Origin: Tepidisphaera sp.
GTDB lineage: Bacteria; Planctomycetota; Phycisphaerae; Phycisphaerales; UBA1924
DNA length: 64,000 nucleotides
Assembly: GCA_050916045.1 (NCBI GenBank)
Contig: CP051526.1
Coordinates: 1,984,001-2,048,000 of the forward strand
Direction of reading: 5' to 3'
This document shows, in pieces, positions 62,237-64,000 of the stretch. Made by a program: the position numbers and the translations under genes. Numbering within the stretch: the stretch's first letter is position 1; every line of letters starts with the position of its first letter. The notes beneath the pieces are model-generated. The model worked only from the letters and a program-made list of their open reading frames with translations, did not search any database and was not told the origin of the DNA.

Positions 62237-63622
62237 ATGCGGCGGCTGACGCCGGTGCTGACCGTGGTGCTTCTCGGACTTGTCATCCTGATGCAGCAGT
62301 TTCTTCGGTCGATCACGGACCCGACGCTCGCGGAGCCGCCGGAGGAGGTTCGGATCAGCGAAGAGGTGAACGAACCGGGCATCGAGGGGCTGGTGCTCAA
62401 CGCGAAGATCGCGGTGAAGATCAAAGCGGCGCGGCTTGAGACCGACGTTCGGTGGACGGACATGGTCGGCCAGCTTGACACGATGGCGGCGACGCGGACG
62501 GACCGGCTCCGAACGGCGGTGGTCGCGGGGGAGCTTTTGGGGAAGGATGCGGCGCTCGAACGGCTGAAGCGACTCAAAGCGGAGGTCACGAGCGGATCGG
62601 ACCTTGCCGCGGATGCGGACTGGCTTACGCGGCTTTACACCAAGGGGCGGGATGCGTTGCCGGAGGATGCGGTGAAGTCGCTCGTGGACCGCCACGGGTG
62701 GTTCGGCCACTTGGCGGCGGCGTACGACCAGCCGCCGGGCGAGTATCACCGGACGACGTCGACGTCGGGGTTCGCGGATATCGCGGCGTACTCGCTGACT
62801 TCGCTGCTGACATCATTGGCGATGTTCATGGCGGCGATCGCGGCGCTGGTCTCGATCGCCAAGCGGTGGAACAACCGGGAGTTTGACAGCCAGTTCACGC
62901 AGTCGGCGTTGCCGCCGGGGATCTATCTCGAGACGTTCGGGGTGGAGCAGCTGCTGTTTCTGTTCCTGCTCATCATGCAGGTGATGACGCTCTGGCTGAC
63001 GGGGACGGCGTCGGTGGTGGCTCTAGCGTTCAACGAGATGCTGCTCTGGCTGACGCCGCTCTGCTTTCTGTGGCCGGCGATGCGCGGGGTGAAGTGGATC
63101 CTCGTGGCGGATGATCTGGGCCTTCACATGGGCGAGGGGTTCGCGAAGGAAGCCAGGATGGGGGTCGTGGCGTACCTGGCGACGATCCCGGTCTATTTCG
63201 CGCTCAACGTGATCTTCGGGATCGTGGAAGCGTCGATGGGGCTGGAGGAAGCGACGGACGAGATCCCGGGGTTCCCATCGTTTCAGCCGCCGCTGTCGGG
63301 GAGCTGGATCCCGGTCATCCTGGGGGCGCTGGGGGCGGTGGTCTTCGCTCCGATCGTGGAAGAGATCCTGTTCCGCGGGGCGCTGTACCGGTATCTGCGT
63401 TCGAAGCGGGGGGTTGTGGTCTCGGTCATCGTGTCGTCGCTCGCGTTCGGGTTCATCCACCCCTACGACCTCACGGGGCTGATCCAGGTGTCGGTGATGG
63501 GAGCGTGCCTGGCGCTGATGCGGGAATGGCGCGGCTCGCTGATTGCGCCGATCGTGGCGCACGCGCTGCACAACGGGCATCTGACGCTGTTTGAGATCTG
63601 GGGCATCGCGGCGGCAAGCTGA
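62237..63622 (+). CDS. CPBP (Abi/CAAX) intramembrane glutamic endopeptidase; start may be TTG 62186
   Basis: APIVEEILFRG, FGFIH, REWRGSLIAPIVAHALHN. Confidence 0.9.
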   Translation: MRRLTPVLTVVLLGLVILMQQFLRSITDPTLAEPPEEVRISEEVNEPGIEGLVLNAKIAVKIKAARLETDVRWTDMVGQLDTMAATRTDRLRTAVVAGELLGKDAALERLKRLKAEVTSGSDLAADADWLTRLYTKGRDALPEDAVKSLVDRHGWFGHLAAAYDQPPGEYHRTTSTSGFADIAAYSLTSLLTSLAMFMAAIAALVSIAKRWNNREFDSQFTQSALPPGIYLETFGVEQLLFLFLLIMQVMTLWLTGTASVVALAFNEMLLWLTPLCFLWPAMRGVKWILVADDLGLHMGEGFAKEARMGVVAYLATIPVYFALNVIFGIVEASMGLEEATDEIPGFPSFQPPLSGSWIPVILGALGAVVFAPIVEEILFRGALYRYLRSKRGVVVSVIVSSLAFGFIHPYDLTGLIQVSVMGACLALMREWRGSLIAPIVAHALHNGHLTLFEIWGIAAAS

Positions 63623-63631
63623 GAGGGACTC

Positions 63632-64000
63632 ATGAGACTGTGCCTCTTCACGGACACGCTTGGGGACATCAACGGGGTGTCGCGGTTCATCCGCAACGCG
63701 GGGGACGCGGGGGCTGCGCTGGGCAAGCCGCTCACGGTGATCACCTCGACGCGGATGCGGATTCCGGAGGCCCCCCACTTCGTGAACGTGCCTCCGGTCG
63801 CGGCGATGCGGATGCCCCGGTACGAACACCTCGAGGTCGTGTGGCCGAGGCCGCTTGCGATGCTCCGCGTCGCCCGGCAAGCCGGGCCGGACGCGATCCA
63901 TGTGTCGACGCCCGGGCCGGTGGGGCTGACGGGGCGGTGGGTCGCGAGGAAGCTCGGCGTGCCGCTGCTTGGGACGTACCACACGGACTTCCCGGCGTAC
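63632..64000 (+). CDS. Glycosyltransferase family 4 (GT-B), truncated by window edge
   Basis: MRLCLFTDT...NGVSR, PDAIHVSTPGPVG, GTYHTDFPAY. Confidence 0.85.
   Translation, partial: MRLCLFTDTLGDINGVSRFIRNAGDAGAALGKPLTVITSTRMRIPEAPHFVNVPPVAAMRMPRYEHLEVVWPRPLAMLRVARQAGPDAIHVSTPGPVGLTGRWVARKLGVPLLGTYHTDFPAY

Overview
High-GC bacterial chromosomal DNA, most consistent with Planctomycetota (Phycisphaerae-like): it has C-terminal '[20 protein letters not shown]' dockerin-like tags, VP(A/T)PG PEP-CTERM tails and type IV prepilin-like genes. Core content: four dispersed hut genes (H, U, G, I), a full his operon with fused genes (G-C-B-HF-AIE-D) followed by panB, groES-x-y-groEL, serS, acyl-CoA dehydrogenase, enoyl-CoA hydratase and an FHA-GspE ATPase. 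Most notable: (1) an unannotated leaderless His-rich leader peptide with terminator/antiterminator upstream of hisG; (2) a compositionally distinct, metal-themed island at ~5.0-11.2 kb (Cys-rich PPPR-ending leader gene, two related surface proteins, pilin, two exported DJ-1 proteins, HMA and YHS domains); (3) a lower-GC cassette (membrane-anchored protein, Cys-rich peptide, MauE-pilin fusion) behind a poly-G promoter spacer; (4) a sharp GC-skew inversion at ~33-34.5 kb; (5) two Y1/HUH transposases with REP families, one REP inside its own transposase; (6) two small paralogous genes inside groESL; (7) pervasive leaderless-type promoters. All calls are from motif recognition by eye; no searches were run.
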